Source: an uncultured Eubacteriales bacterium
GTDB taxonomy: Bacteria; Bacillota; Clostridia; Christensenellales; Borkfalkiaceae
Assembly (NCBI GenBank): GCA_959603585.1
Contig: CAUGYD010000006.1
Location: 46,288 to 110,287 of the forward strand
Reading direction: 5' to 3'
DNA length: 64,000 nt
In this document: positions 46,662-55,597 of the stretch, piece by piece
Numbering within the stretch: position 1 is the stretch's first letter
Layout of the letters: every line of letters starts with the position of its first letter
Translations under genes and position numbers: made by a program
The notes under the pieces: model-generated
Databases searched by the model: none
Told to the model about the DNA's origin: nothing
What the model saw: the letters and a program-made list of their open reading frames with translations, nothing else

Positions 46662-47578
46662 ACGATCGCGTAACGGAAAGCGTAATGCTCGATAAGCTGG
46701 CTTCCGATTTGAATCTCGAAATCGTCTATACGGGAAGGGGGGTAGTCACCCTTTCCAGCATGAGCGTGGAACGCCCGGGTTTACAGCTCGCGGGCTTTTT
46801 CAGCTATTTCGACCCCAGCCGTATCATGGTGCTGGGGCTTTCGGAGCATGAATATCTCCGCGCGTTTACGCCCGAAGAGAGGACGGCGAAAATTTCCCGC
46901 CTGTTCGATTACGGGGAGGTTCCCTGCATCATTTTAAGCCGCGATTTGCCCGCTCTTCCCGAATTGATGGAGACGGTCAGAAAGGCTTCCTGTCCGCTGT
47001 TCAGAAGCCATAAGGTCACGACCGACCTCATGAGCGATTTATATATCTATCTCAACCGAATGCTGGCGCCTTCGGTAACGGAGCACGGCGTTTTAATGGA
47101 AGTCTTCGGTGTGGGAATGCTGCTCACAGGGAAAAGCGGCGTGGGAAAGAGCGAAACGGCCATGGAGCTCATCAAGCGCGGTCATAGGCTGATTGCCGAC
47201 GACAGCGTTATTATTAAGGACATTGCCAACGAGCTCTACGGTACGGCGCCCGATATTATCCGATATTTCATGGAGCTTCGCGGCATCGGAATCATCAATG
47301 TCAAAAGTATGTACGGCTCCGGCTCCGTCTTAAACGAAAAGAAAATAGAAATCGTCATTCAGTTGGAAAATTGGCAGCAAGGGAAAGAATATGACCGCGT
47401 GGGGGATACTTCGGCTTTTGCCGAATACCTCGGCATTAAGATTCCCAAACTGACGATTCCCGTCAGTCCCGGCAGAAATCTCGCCATTATCATAGAGGTT
47501 GCCGCTCGTAACTTCCGTTTAAAGAGCATGGGGTACGACGCTTCGCAGGAACTGATCACGCGAAGCATCGGCCGCTGA
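46658..47578 (+). CDS. hprK: HPr kinase/phosphorylase
   Basis: The P-loop GKSGVGKSETAMELIKRGHRLIADD and the capping motif are present. Total length is 306 aa. Confidence 0.9.
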   Translation: MNDRVTESVMLDKLASDLNLEIVYTGRGVVTLSSMSVERPGLQLAGFFSYFDPSRIMVLGLSEHEYLRAFTPEERTAKISRLFDYGEVPCIILSRDLPALPELMETVRKASCPLFRSHKVTTDLMSDLYIYLNRMLAPSVTEHGVLMEVFGVGMLLTGKSGVGKSETAMELIKRGHRLIADDSVIIKDIANELYGTAPDIIRYFMELRGIGIINVKSMYGSGSVLNEKKIEIVIQLENWQQGKEYDRVGDTSAFAEYLGIKIPKLTIPVSPGRNLAIIIEVAARNFRLKSMGYDASQELITRSIGR

Positions 47579-47600
47579 CATTTATGCGAGGGAGAGTACC

Positions 47601-49835
47601 ATGCCTGAAATATTAGCACCCGCGGGAAATGCAGAATGCGTCGAAGCCGCCATAAACAGCGGCGCAAATGCCGTTTATCTCGGATACAGCTCCTTTTCAG
47701 CCCGTGCGGGTGCACAGAATTTTGACGGAGAATCGCTCCAAAAAATCGTGGAAAGGGCACATTTTTCAGACGTTCGGATTTACGTCGCCATGAATACGTT
47801 AATCAAGAACACGGAGACGGAGGACTTTCTTCGTACACTGTTGTCTGTCTGGAATATGGGCGTCGATGCGATTATTATGCAAGACATACTTCTCGGAAAA
47901 TTCGTTCATCAAAGATATCCCGACATCGTCCTGCATTTAAGTACGCAGGCGGGCGTCTGTAATTTGGAAGGAGCCCGCATTGCAAAAGAATACGGTTTTT
48001 CCCGGGTGATTTTGGCGAGAGAAACGCCTCTTTCGGAGATAAAAAAGATTGCGGAATTTATCGAAACGGAGGTTTTCGTACAGGGAGCGCTTTGCACCTG
48101 TTTTTCGGGACAATGCTATTTTTCCTCCTTTGCAGGCGGCAACAGCGGCAATCGCGGACGCTGTAAACAGCCCTGCCGTAAACTGTATTCGTACGACAGG
48201 GAAGGCTTTGAAGAACGGTCTTATGCGCTGTCTCTTTCAGACTTATGCGTGGCAGAGAACATTGGAAAATTTTGCGAAGTGGGCGTGGTCTCTTTCAAAA
48301 TCGAAGGCAGAATGCGCCGTGCGGAATATGTAGCCGCCGCGGTGCGTTATTATCGCCTTTTGCTTGAAGGAGAAAATACGTCGGGAGCTCTTTCCGATTT
48401 GAAACGGACATATAACCGCGGGAATTATACGAAAGGGCTCGCCTTCGGGCAGGATTCCCGTTTCCTTTCGCGCGATGTCCAAGGGCACCTCGGAGAAAAG
48501 ATCGGGACGATAAAAGTAATCAACGGAAAATATTTTGTCGAAACGAAATTTTGTCCCGTTTCAGGCGATGCCTTCAAGATACTCCGAAAGGGGCGCGAGG
48601 TCGGAGGTGGCAGTTTTGAAAAGGCTTTCGGGCGCGGATTTTATTTGTCTTCGTCGCAAAGGCTCTTAAACGGAGACAGCGTTTTCATCACTACGGACAT
48701 GGCGGTAAACGCTCGCCTTCTGTCGGAGAAAAAACAAATTCCGATTTCCTTGAACCTCTCTTTCAGCGAGGGAGAAAGGGCAACGGCGGAAAGTGGCGGA
48801 ATCGTCGTCCGTTCGGAGGAAATCCTGACTTCCGCGCAATCCCGTCCCCTGACGGAATCGGACGTTCGGAATTGTTTTTTGAAAACGGATTCTCTGCCGC
48901 TGAAAGTTACTTTTGAACGCATCGAGATAAAGGGCAGCGTATTCCTTGCCAAATCCCGCCTGAATGCCTTTCGCCGCGCTTTTTACGAACGAATCTTTTC
49001 TGCCTTTGCGGAAAACAGAAATACGCAATATGCTTACGACGGAATTCGGCAATGTACATGCGAATCCGTTTCCGATTTTGCACAGAGCGAAAAAAATGAA
49101 AAGACTGCCGTCATCGCGTCGGACTTTTTGGGACTTGAAAATATTGACATAGCCGTATATAAGCCGACCGACTACGGTGCGGAGCCTCCGAAGTCTTTTT
49201 CGGAGGGGAATTTTGAAAAATTTATCTACTATCCCGCGTTTGCGGATTCCGCCGATATCAAACGGATAAAGGAACTCATAACGGCTTCCGGGGCATCGGG
49301 GATATATGCGGAGAATTACGGCAGCATAGCCTTTGCGAGGGAACGGGGAGTATCTTTGTTTGTAGGCACGGGCTTTAATCTGACTAACGCGATCTCCGTG
49401 AAGGAATTGCTGGAAGAAAATTGCGTAAAATATTATTCTCTTTCCAAGGAACTCGACGAAAGGGAACAGGCAGCTCTGAGCGGTACAAAGGCGTTTGTCC
49501 TGTCGTCCGGGGACATCAAACTGATGGATTTATGTTATTGTCCCTTCCAAAAGAGCTGTCCTTCCTGCGACAAAAGGCAAATATATCACCTTACGGACGA
49601 TTCGGGCAGAAGATTTCCCGTCCGTCGTTTCAAGTCCGTTTCGGGCGAATGCCGCTTTGAAATCTATAATTGTGCAAAGCTCGTCGGAAGCGGCGTGCGG
49701 GGCGCGGGAAAAATTATCGATTGCAGTACGGGCGGGGCCGTCGTTGCGGCCGTAAAAGCGGCGGATAACGAAGAAAAACAGAAATCTCTCTACGGAACCT
49801 ATACTGCAGGCCATAGAAAAAAGAGCATGCTGTAA
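47601..49835 (+). CDS. Peptidase U32 family protein with long C-terminal extension
   Basis: The N-terminus MPEILAPAGN...AVYLG and the conserved E-x-F-x-x-G-A-x-C region are present. Total length is 744 aa. Confidence 0.7.
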   Translation: MPEILAPAGNAECVEAAINSGANAVYLGYSSFSARAGAQNFDGESLQKIVERAHFSDVRIYVAMNTLIKNTETEDFLRTLLSVWNMGVDAIIMQDILLGKFVHQRYPDIVLHLSTQAGVCNLEGARIAKEYGFSRVILARETPLSEIKKIAEFIETEVFVQGALCTCFSGQCYFSSFAGGNSGNRGRCKQPCRKLYSYDREGFEERSYALSLSDLCVAENIGKFCEVGVVSFKIEGRMRRAEYVAAAVRYYRLLLEGENTSGALSDLKRTYNRGNYTKGLAFGQDSRFLSRDVQGHLGEKIGTIKVINGKYFVETKFCPVSGDAFKILRKGREVGGGSFEKAFGRGFYLSSSQRLLNGDSVFITTDMAVNARLLSEKKQIPISLNLSFSEGERATAESGGIVVRSEEILTSAQSRPLTESDVRNCFLKTDSLPLKVTFERIEIKGSVFLAKSRLNAFRRAFYERIFSAFAENRNTQYAYDGIRQCTCESVSDFAQSEKNEKTAVIASDFLGLENIDIAVYKPTDYGAEPPKSFSEGNFEKFIYYPAFADSADIKRIKELITASGASGIYAENYGSIAFARERGVSLFVGTGFNLTNAISVKELLEENCVKYYSLSKELDEREQAALSGTKAFVLSSGDIKLMDLCYCPFQKSCPSCDKRQIYHLTDDSGRRFPVRRFKSVSGECRFEIYNCAKLVGSGVRGAGKIIDCSTGGAVVAAVKAADNEEKQKSLYGTYTAGHRKKSML

Positions 49836-49863
49836 GGCTGTTCTTTTGAGGATACACGGAATC

Positions 49864-52257
49864 ATGAACGAAAAAGCCATAGAAAAGACGGAACTGAATA
49901 AAATTTTATCGATTGCGGCGGAGTATTCCGTTTTGGACGGGAGCAAAGAAAAAATGCGTGCGTTGCAGCCGTCGTCCGACCTCTCCGAGGTAAAAAAGGG
50001 CCTCGATTTGACGGAGGAATGCGTAAAGCTCCTGTTTACCTACGGGGTCGGGAAAGTGGAATATTTTCCCCCCTTTTCGGATGAAATCGAAAGGGCCGAA
50101 AAAGGTTCGGCTCTTTCCTGCGGCGAGCTGTTGAGCGTGGCAAACCTGCTCCGCGCGGCTCGGATCGCGCATTCGGGAATATCGGGCGTTTCGGACGAAG
50201 AAATCCGCCTGATTCGGCGGCTTTCCGATAATCTGTATTTCGATGCGGCGCTCGAAGATGACATCGGCACCAAAATTCTCAACGATTCGGAAGTGAGCGA
50301 TTACGCCAGCGACAAGTTGTATTCCATTCGTCGGGAAATCCGGCTTCTGAACGAAAGAATCCGCTCCCGATTGGCGGAATATTTAACGGGGGAGGAAGGA
50401 AAGTACTTGCAGGACGGCATTATTACGATGCGCGACAACCGCTATGTTCTTCCCGTCCGCGCCGAATATAAACGCAACGTAAAGGGTTTCATTCATGACC
50501 GCTCCCAAAGCGGAGCCACTTTCTTCATCGAGCCCGAACAGGTTCTCGAAATGAATAACGAGCTCCGTTCCCTTGCCATAGACGAGAAAGAGGAGGTGGA
50601 ACGGATTCTGGGCGAACTCTCCCGCCGCGTGGGATTTATGGCGAAAGAGCTCGTCCGCGACATAGAAGTTTTGGAAGAGATTGACTGTTGCTATGCCCGT
50701 GCGGAGTACGCTTATAAGCTCGCGTGCGTAAAACCGTCCGTCAATGCTTCGGGAATCGTTTCTTTCGAGCAGGGACGGCATCCCTTAATCGACCGAAAGA
50801 AAGTGGTGCCCGTGAATCTGTCTCTCGGCAGAGACTATCGTTTTCTGCTCATCAGCGGCCCGAATACGGGCGGTAAGACGGTCACATTGAAAATGGTGGG
50901 GCTGTTTTGCCTGATGGCGATGTGCGGAATGTTCGTTCCCGCACGGCGCGCGGAAGTATCCGTCTTTGACGAAATTTATTGCGACGTCGGAGACGCACAA
51001 AGCATAGAAGAAAGTCTTTCCACATTCTCTTCGCATGTCACGAATATCGTGGAAATCGTCGATTCCGCCGATGCAAAAAGTCTCGTTTTAATCGACGAGC
51101 TGGGCGGGGGAACCGATCCCGACGAGGGACAGGCTCTCGCGAAAGCGGTGGTTTCCTACCTTTTGAAAACGGGTTGTACGGGCGTGGTGACGACGCATTA
51201 TTCGGCTTTGAAGGAATTTGCCTTTTCCACGGAGGGAATCGAAAACGCGTGCATGGAATTCGATTCGGACACTCTCCGTCCGCTGTACGTCATAAAAATC
51301 GGACTTCCGGGGTCCAGCAACGCGCTGGCCATTTCCCGAAGGTTGGGACTCAAAGAAGAAATTTTGGCGGACGCGCTGGGAAATCTGTCCGAAGGCGCGC
51401 AGACGTTTGAAAATATCGTCCGAAGCGCGGAGGACAGCCGAATCGCGGCGGAAGAAGCCTTAAAGGAAACCAACCGCCTGAAAGCGGAGTGGCAGGAAAA
51501 GATCCGGCTTTTAGACGAGGAAAGAAACAGACTTCAAAAGGAAAAAGAAAAGCTGTTCACCTCCGCAAAAGCGGAATCCAGACGAATTATCAACGAACGG
51601 ACGGCCGAGGCGGAAGAGCTTCTCGGAGAAATCGAAGAAATTTTTGCCAAAGAAAACATTTCCGAAGCCGACCTCATCAAGGCGAGGACTTTGAAAAACC
51701 GCCTGAGCGATAAAGCCTACGATAACGAAAGGGAAGAATTTGCGCGGCCTCAGTACATTGCCGCGCAAGCGGATAAGCTGAAAGCCGGCGATAAGGTATT
51801 TGTCGGGAATATCAATCAGGAAGGAGTCGTGCAAAGTGTTCGCCCGCAGAAAAACGAAGCGGAAATTCTTTGCGGAAATATCCGTATCCGAAGCAAAATT
51901 TCCGATTTATCCGTTTTAATTTCCGCTCGGAATACACAGAATGATAAAAAGAAAGGGATAAAAAAGAAAACGGAGAACGTTCAGGTTTCCAAAAATCTTG
52001 CGCCCAAGCCCTTGCCGACGCTCGAACTCAACGTCATCGGTATGACCGTACAGGAGGCGCTGCCCGACGTGGAGGCCTTTATCGATTCGGCGGTATGCGC
52101 CAACCTCGAAGAAGTGCGCATCGTCCACGGCGTGGGAACGGGAAAGCTCCGTGCGGGAATCCACGACTTTCTGAAAAAACACAGAAACGTCGCGGAATTC
52201 CGGCTCGGAAAATACGGGGAAGGAGAAACGGGCGTCACTATCGTAAAAATCAAGTGA
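49864..52257 (+). CDS. mutS2: Endonuclease MutS2 (MutS domain plus C-terminal Smr)
   Basis: The Walker A GPNTGGKTV and a C-terminal Smr domain (LNVIGMTVQEA...VRIVHGVGTGKLR) are present. The ATG at 49864 is chosen because the ORF-track start is TTG. Confidence 0.9.
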   Translation: MNEKAIEKTELNKILSIAAEYSVLDGSKEKMRALQPSSDLSEVKKGLDLTEECVKLLFTYGVGKVEYFPPFSDEIERAEKGSALSCGELLSVANLLRAARIAHSGISGVSDEEIRLIRRLSDNLYFDAALEDDIGTKILNDSEVSDYASDKLYSIRREIRLLNERIRSRLAEYLTGEEGKYLQDGIITMRDNRYVLPVRAEYKRNVKGFIHDRSQSGATFFIEPEQVLEMNNELRSLAIDEKEEVERILGELSRRVGFMAKELVRDIEVLEEIDCCYARAEYAYKLACVKPSVNASGIVSFEQGRHPLIDRKKVVPVNLSLGRDYRFLLISGPNTGGKTVTLKMVGLFCLMAMCGMFVPARRAEVSVFDEIYCDVGDAQSIEESLSTFSSHVTNIVEIVDSADAKSLVLIDELGGGTDPDEGQALAKAVVSYLLKTGCTGVVTTHYSALKEFAFSTEGIENACMEFDSDTLRPLYVIKIGLPGSSNALAISRRLGLKEEILADALGNLSEGAQTFENIVRSAEDSRIAAEEALKETNRLKAEWQEKIRLLDEERNRLQKEKEKLFTSAKAESRRIINERTAEAEELLGEIEEIFAKENISEADLIKARTLKNRLSDKAYDNEREEFARPQYIAAQADKLKAGDKVFVGNINQEGVVQSVRPQKNEAEILCGNIRIRSKISDLSVLISARNTQNDKKKGIKKKTENVQVSKNLAPKPLPTLELNVIGMTVQEALPDVEAFIDSAVCANLEEVRIVHGVGTGKLRAGIHDFLKKHRNVAEFRLGKYGEGETGVTIVKIK

Positions 52258-52356
52258 CGAAAAGCGTTTTTTAAGGCGCGGAAAGAGGCGGAAAAATCAT
52301 AATCTCGAAAAAAGGAAAATACAATAGAACGGAAACTTTTTTCGAGGTAAGCCGTT

Positions 52357-53112
52357 TTGAAAAAACATCGCAACCGCGCCGTAGAGAAAGAGCGGCCGAA
52401 TAAAAACGTAATGCTCAACGTAGTCACGAACTGCGCTTTGGCGTTTCTCATTTTTTCCGTGGGGGTCGTCTGCCTGTTCCCCGTAGACAGTGCGGTGACG
52501 ACGGACGGCGGAGAAAGCAACGTCTATCGCTGTGCGCCGGGAGAATCGGACGGAGTCTCTTTAATGTTTAACGTCTATTGGGGTACGGACGAAGTATACC
52601 GCATTCTCGATACTTTGGACGCCCACGAGGGAAAAGCCACGTTTTTTATCGGCGGAAGCTGGGCGGACGATAACGTCGCTTGCGTGAAGGAAATTTTATC
52701 CCGCGGCCATGAACTCGGCAATCACGGCTATTTCCATAAGGATCATTCCGCGATGACCGAGGAAGAAAATCGGGAGGAGATTTCCGTGTGCAATCGTTTC
52801 ATTCACCTGATGACGGGAGTGCAGATGACCCTTTTCGCTCCGCCTTCGGGGGCATACGGAAAGGCGGCTTTGTCCGCCTGCGCGGCTCTGAACATGAAAA
52901 CCATTCTGTGGTCGAGAGACACCATCGACTGGCGGGATAAAGATTCTTCTCTCATATACAGCCGCGCGACAAAAAATATCAAGGGCGGAGAGTTTGTCCT
53001 CATGCACCCCATGAAGGAGACGGCTGACGCCCTGGACGATATACTGACATATTATGAGACCTGTGCACTCCGTGCGGTGACCGTTTCGGAGAATTTACAG
53101 GCGGGAGGATAA
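52357..53112 (+). CDS. Polysaccharide deacetylase (NodB-homology) family protein, PdaB-like
   Basis: An N-terminal TM helix is followed by the NodB motifs TFFIGGSWADD and HELGNHGYFH. Confidence 0.7.
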   Translation: MKKHRNRAVEKERPNKNVMLNVVTNCALAFLIFSVGVVCLFPVDSAVTTDGGESNVYRCAPGESDGVSLMFNVYWGTDEVYRILDTLDAHEGKATFFIGGSWADDNVACVKEILSRGHELGNHGYFHKDHSAMTEEENREEISVCNRFIHLMTGVQMTLFAPPSGAYGKAALSACAALNMKTILWSRDTIDWRDKDSSLIYSRATKNIKGGEFVLMHPMKETADALDDILTYYETCALRAVTVSENLQAGG

Positions 53113-53115
53113 CAA

Positions 53116-54354
53116 ATGGTTTACGAAAAAAGATATGAAAACGGGCTTCGCTTGGTGGTCAAGCAAATGGAAGGACTTTTGTCCGTTACGATGGGGATTC
53201 TCGTCGGAACGGGTTCGTCCGCGGAGACGGACGCGGAAGACGGCATTTCCCATTTCATCGAACACATGCAGTTCAAGGGTACGAAGAAACGTACTTCTTT
53301 TGAAATTTCCGACGCGTTCGACCGCATCGGCGCTCAGGTGAACGCCTTTACGGGAAAGGATATGACCTGCTATTATTCCAAATGTACGTCCGACCATACG
53401 GCGGAGGCGTTTGAAATTTTGTCCGACCTTTTCCTGAACAGCACCTTCCCCGAAGAAGAAATGGTGCGTGAAAAGGGCGTAGTCGCCGAGGAAATTTCCA
53501 TGAACGAGGATACTCCCGACGACCTCTGCCTCGACCTCCTTTCTTCCGCGTTTTACGGAAAGGAAAATTACGGGCGGAATATTCTGGGTCCCGTCTCCAA
53601 CGTCAAAGGTTTTACGAGGGAGGATATTTTCCGCTATAAAGAGGCAAGATATTGTCCCGAAAATATCGTCGTTTCCTTCGCGGGCGGCATCGATATGCAG
53701 ACGGCAGAAGCATTGGCGGAAACAATGCTCGCTTCTCTTCCGAAGGGAAAATTCGAGCGGAGGGAAAATCACATTTCGCTTCAACACCGCAGTTTGATAA
53801 AGAAAAAGCCTATCGAACAGGTGCATTTTGCCATCGGATATCCGGCTCTTCCGCGCGAACATGCGCTCTCCGACGCCTTGCAGACCATGAACAGCGTTTT
53901 GGGCGGCAGCATGAGTTCCCGCCTCTTTCAGGAAGTCCGTGAAAAAATGGGGCTTGCCTATTCCGTATATTCCTATGTTTCCGCTTTTTCCGAATGCGGT
54001 TCGCTCATCATTTATGCCGGGGTGAATCCCGCCAGCGCGGACAAAGCCTACGAGGCAATCGGCAAAGTGGTGAAGGAACTGAAAGACAAGGGGATTACGG
54101 AAGAAGAATTTCTCCGCGGAAGGGAACAGATGAAGGCGGCTATGCTTTTTTCACAGGAAAGCACTTCCTCTCAGATGCTCCTTTACGGAAAATATATGCT
54201 TTTCAACGATACGCTTTTCGACTTTGAAGGCAAGCTCGACGCAATCAATAAGATTACGCAGAGCGACGTAGCCGAAACAATTTCTCTCGCCTTCGACGAA
54301 AAGAAAAAGGCGGTCGGCGCCGTGGGCAATCTGGACAAGCCCTTTGAACTTTGA
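53116..54354 (+). CDS. M16-family zinc peptidase (insulinase-like)
   Basis: The inverted zincin motif HFIEH...E (GISHFIEHMQFKGT) is present. Confidence 0.8.
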   Translation: MVYEKRYENGLRLVVKQMEGLLSVTMGILVGTGSSAETDAEDGISHFIEHMQFKGTKKRTSFEISDAFDRIGAQVNAFTGKDMTCYYSKCTSDHTAEAFEILSDLFLNSTFPEEEMVREKGVVAEEISMNEDTPDDLCLDLLSSAFYGKENYGRNILGPVSNVKGFTREDIFRYKEARYCPENIVVSFAGGIDMQTAEALAETMLASLPKGKFERRENHISLQHRSLIKKKPIEQVHFAIGYPALPREHALSDALQTMNSVLGGSMSSRLFQEVREKMGLAYSVYSYVSAFSECGSLIIYAGVNPASADKAYEAIGKVVKELKDKGITEEEFLRGREQMKAAMLFSQESTSSQMLLYGKYMLFNDTLFDFEGKLDAINKITQSDVAETISLAFDEKKKAVGAVGNLDKPFEL

Positions 54355-54839
54355 TTGTCGTGAGCGAAAAAAGAGAATCGGGATTTCCTCCCGTGTTCGA
54401 CAGGGAGAGCAGACTGCTTATTTTGGGAAGTTTTCCGTCCGTAAAAAGCCGAAAAATTCAATTTTATTACGGCAACAAGCAAAACCGTTTCTGGAAAACG
54501 GTATGCGGATTTTTCGGAGAACCCGTTCCTGAAGCGGTCGAGGAAAAAAAGGAGTTCCTTTTCCGAAGACATATCGCGCTTTGGGACATGGCCGCGGAGT
54601 GCGAAATAGAAGGTTCGGCGGATTCTTCGGTAAAGGAAGTCGTTCTCGCCGACCTCGACGTAATCTTCCGCAAAGCGCGCATTGAAAAAATTCTTCTGAA
54701 CGGGGCGCTCTCCTATAAGCTCTTTCTTTCCCGCTATGCGGATATTGCCGTTCCGTATTTCAAAATGCCCTCAACCAGTCCCGCCAATCCCCGCTTCGAC
54801 GAAAGGGTATGGAGAGAACAGCTTCGTTGCCTGCTTTGA
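54351..54839 (+). CDS. Uracil-DNA glycosylase superfamily protein, DNA-deoxyinosine glycosylase-like
   Basis: The N-terminal region LLILGSFPS is followed by a 162-aa UDG-fold-like sequence. The start codon is uncertain (TTG or GTG). Confidence 0.45.
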   Translation: MIVVSEKRESGFPPVFDRESRLLILGSFPSVKSRKIQFYYGNKQNRFWKTVCGFFGEPVPEAVEEKKEFLFRRHIALWDMAAECEIEGSADSSVKEVVLADLDVIFRKARIEKILLNGALSYKLFLSRYADIAVPYFKMPSTSPANPRFDERVWREQLRCLL

Positions 54840-54900
54840 GCGCGTTGTCCGTTCTGTATCCGGCAAAAGAGACAATCTACTTCAATCTAAGGAAAAAAAC

Positions 54901-55581
54901 ATGACTTACTCGGACTTTTTGGAAGAACTCGGCGCTTATGCCGAACCCGATTTCGCGGCATTTCAGAAAAAAATCGTCATGAGCCCGTCGCAGGAATTTA
55001 TAGGCGTGAGGACTCCCGTCATGCGAAAGCTCGCGAAGGCTCATAAAAACGATTTAGAGACGCTTTTCACCTTTCCCGATAAATATTACGAGGTGACCTT
55101 TATCAAGCTCTCGGCGGCATCTTTACAGCCCTACGAAGTATTTGTGCGCAATCTCGACAGATGTATTTCGCTCATCGATAATTGGGCGCTGTGCGATTGT
55201 TTCAAGGCGGACTGTATCAAAAAGCATCGGGAAGAGTTTCTGCCCGTTTTGGAGGAAATCTTTTCCCGCGGCGGAGAATTTTATCAAAGGTATGTCCTCG
55301 TCGTCCTGTTGGGAGACTACATAGAGGAAAAGTATATACCCGTAATCGAGGAATATTTGAAGCGTTCGGATACGGAAAAATACTATGTACATATGGCGGC
55401 GGCGTGGCTCGCGGCGGAAGTACTCGTCAAAAATTACGAGGCAGGGCTGAAAATTCTGAATGCGGGAATTTTAAGCGCAAAAACGCACAACAAAGCGATT
55501 CAGAAAGCCAAGGAAAGCTATCGCCTCACACAGGAACAAAAGGGATATCTCGAATCCCTGAAAATAAAAATTTCAAAATAA
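54901..55581 (+). CDS. DNA alkylation repair protein (AlkD-like HEAT-repeat family)
   Basis: The N-terminus MTYSDFLEELGAYAEPDFAAFQKKIV is typical of the DNA_alkylation family. The internal ATG is chosen. Confidence 0.6.
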   Translation: MTYSDFLEELGAYAEPDFAAFQKKIVMSPSQEFIGVRTPVMRKLAKAHKNDLETLFTFPDKYYEVTFIKLSAASLQPYEVFVRNLDRCISLIDNWALCDCFKADCIKKHREEFLPVLEEIFSRGGEFYQRYVLVVLLGDYIEEKYIPVIEEYLKRSDTEKYYVHMAAAWLAAEVLVKNYEAGLKILNAGILSAKTHNKAIQKAKESYRLTQEQKGYLESLKIKISK

Positions 55582-55597
55582 TCTGTAAGGTATCACC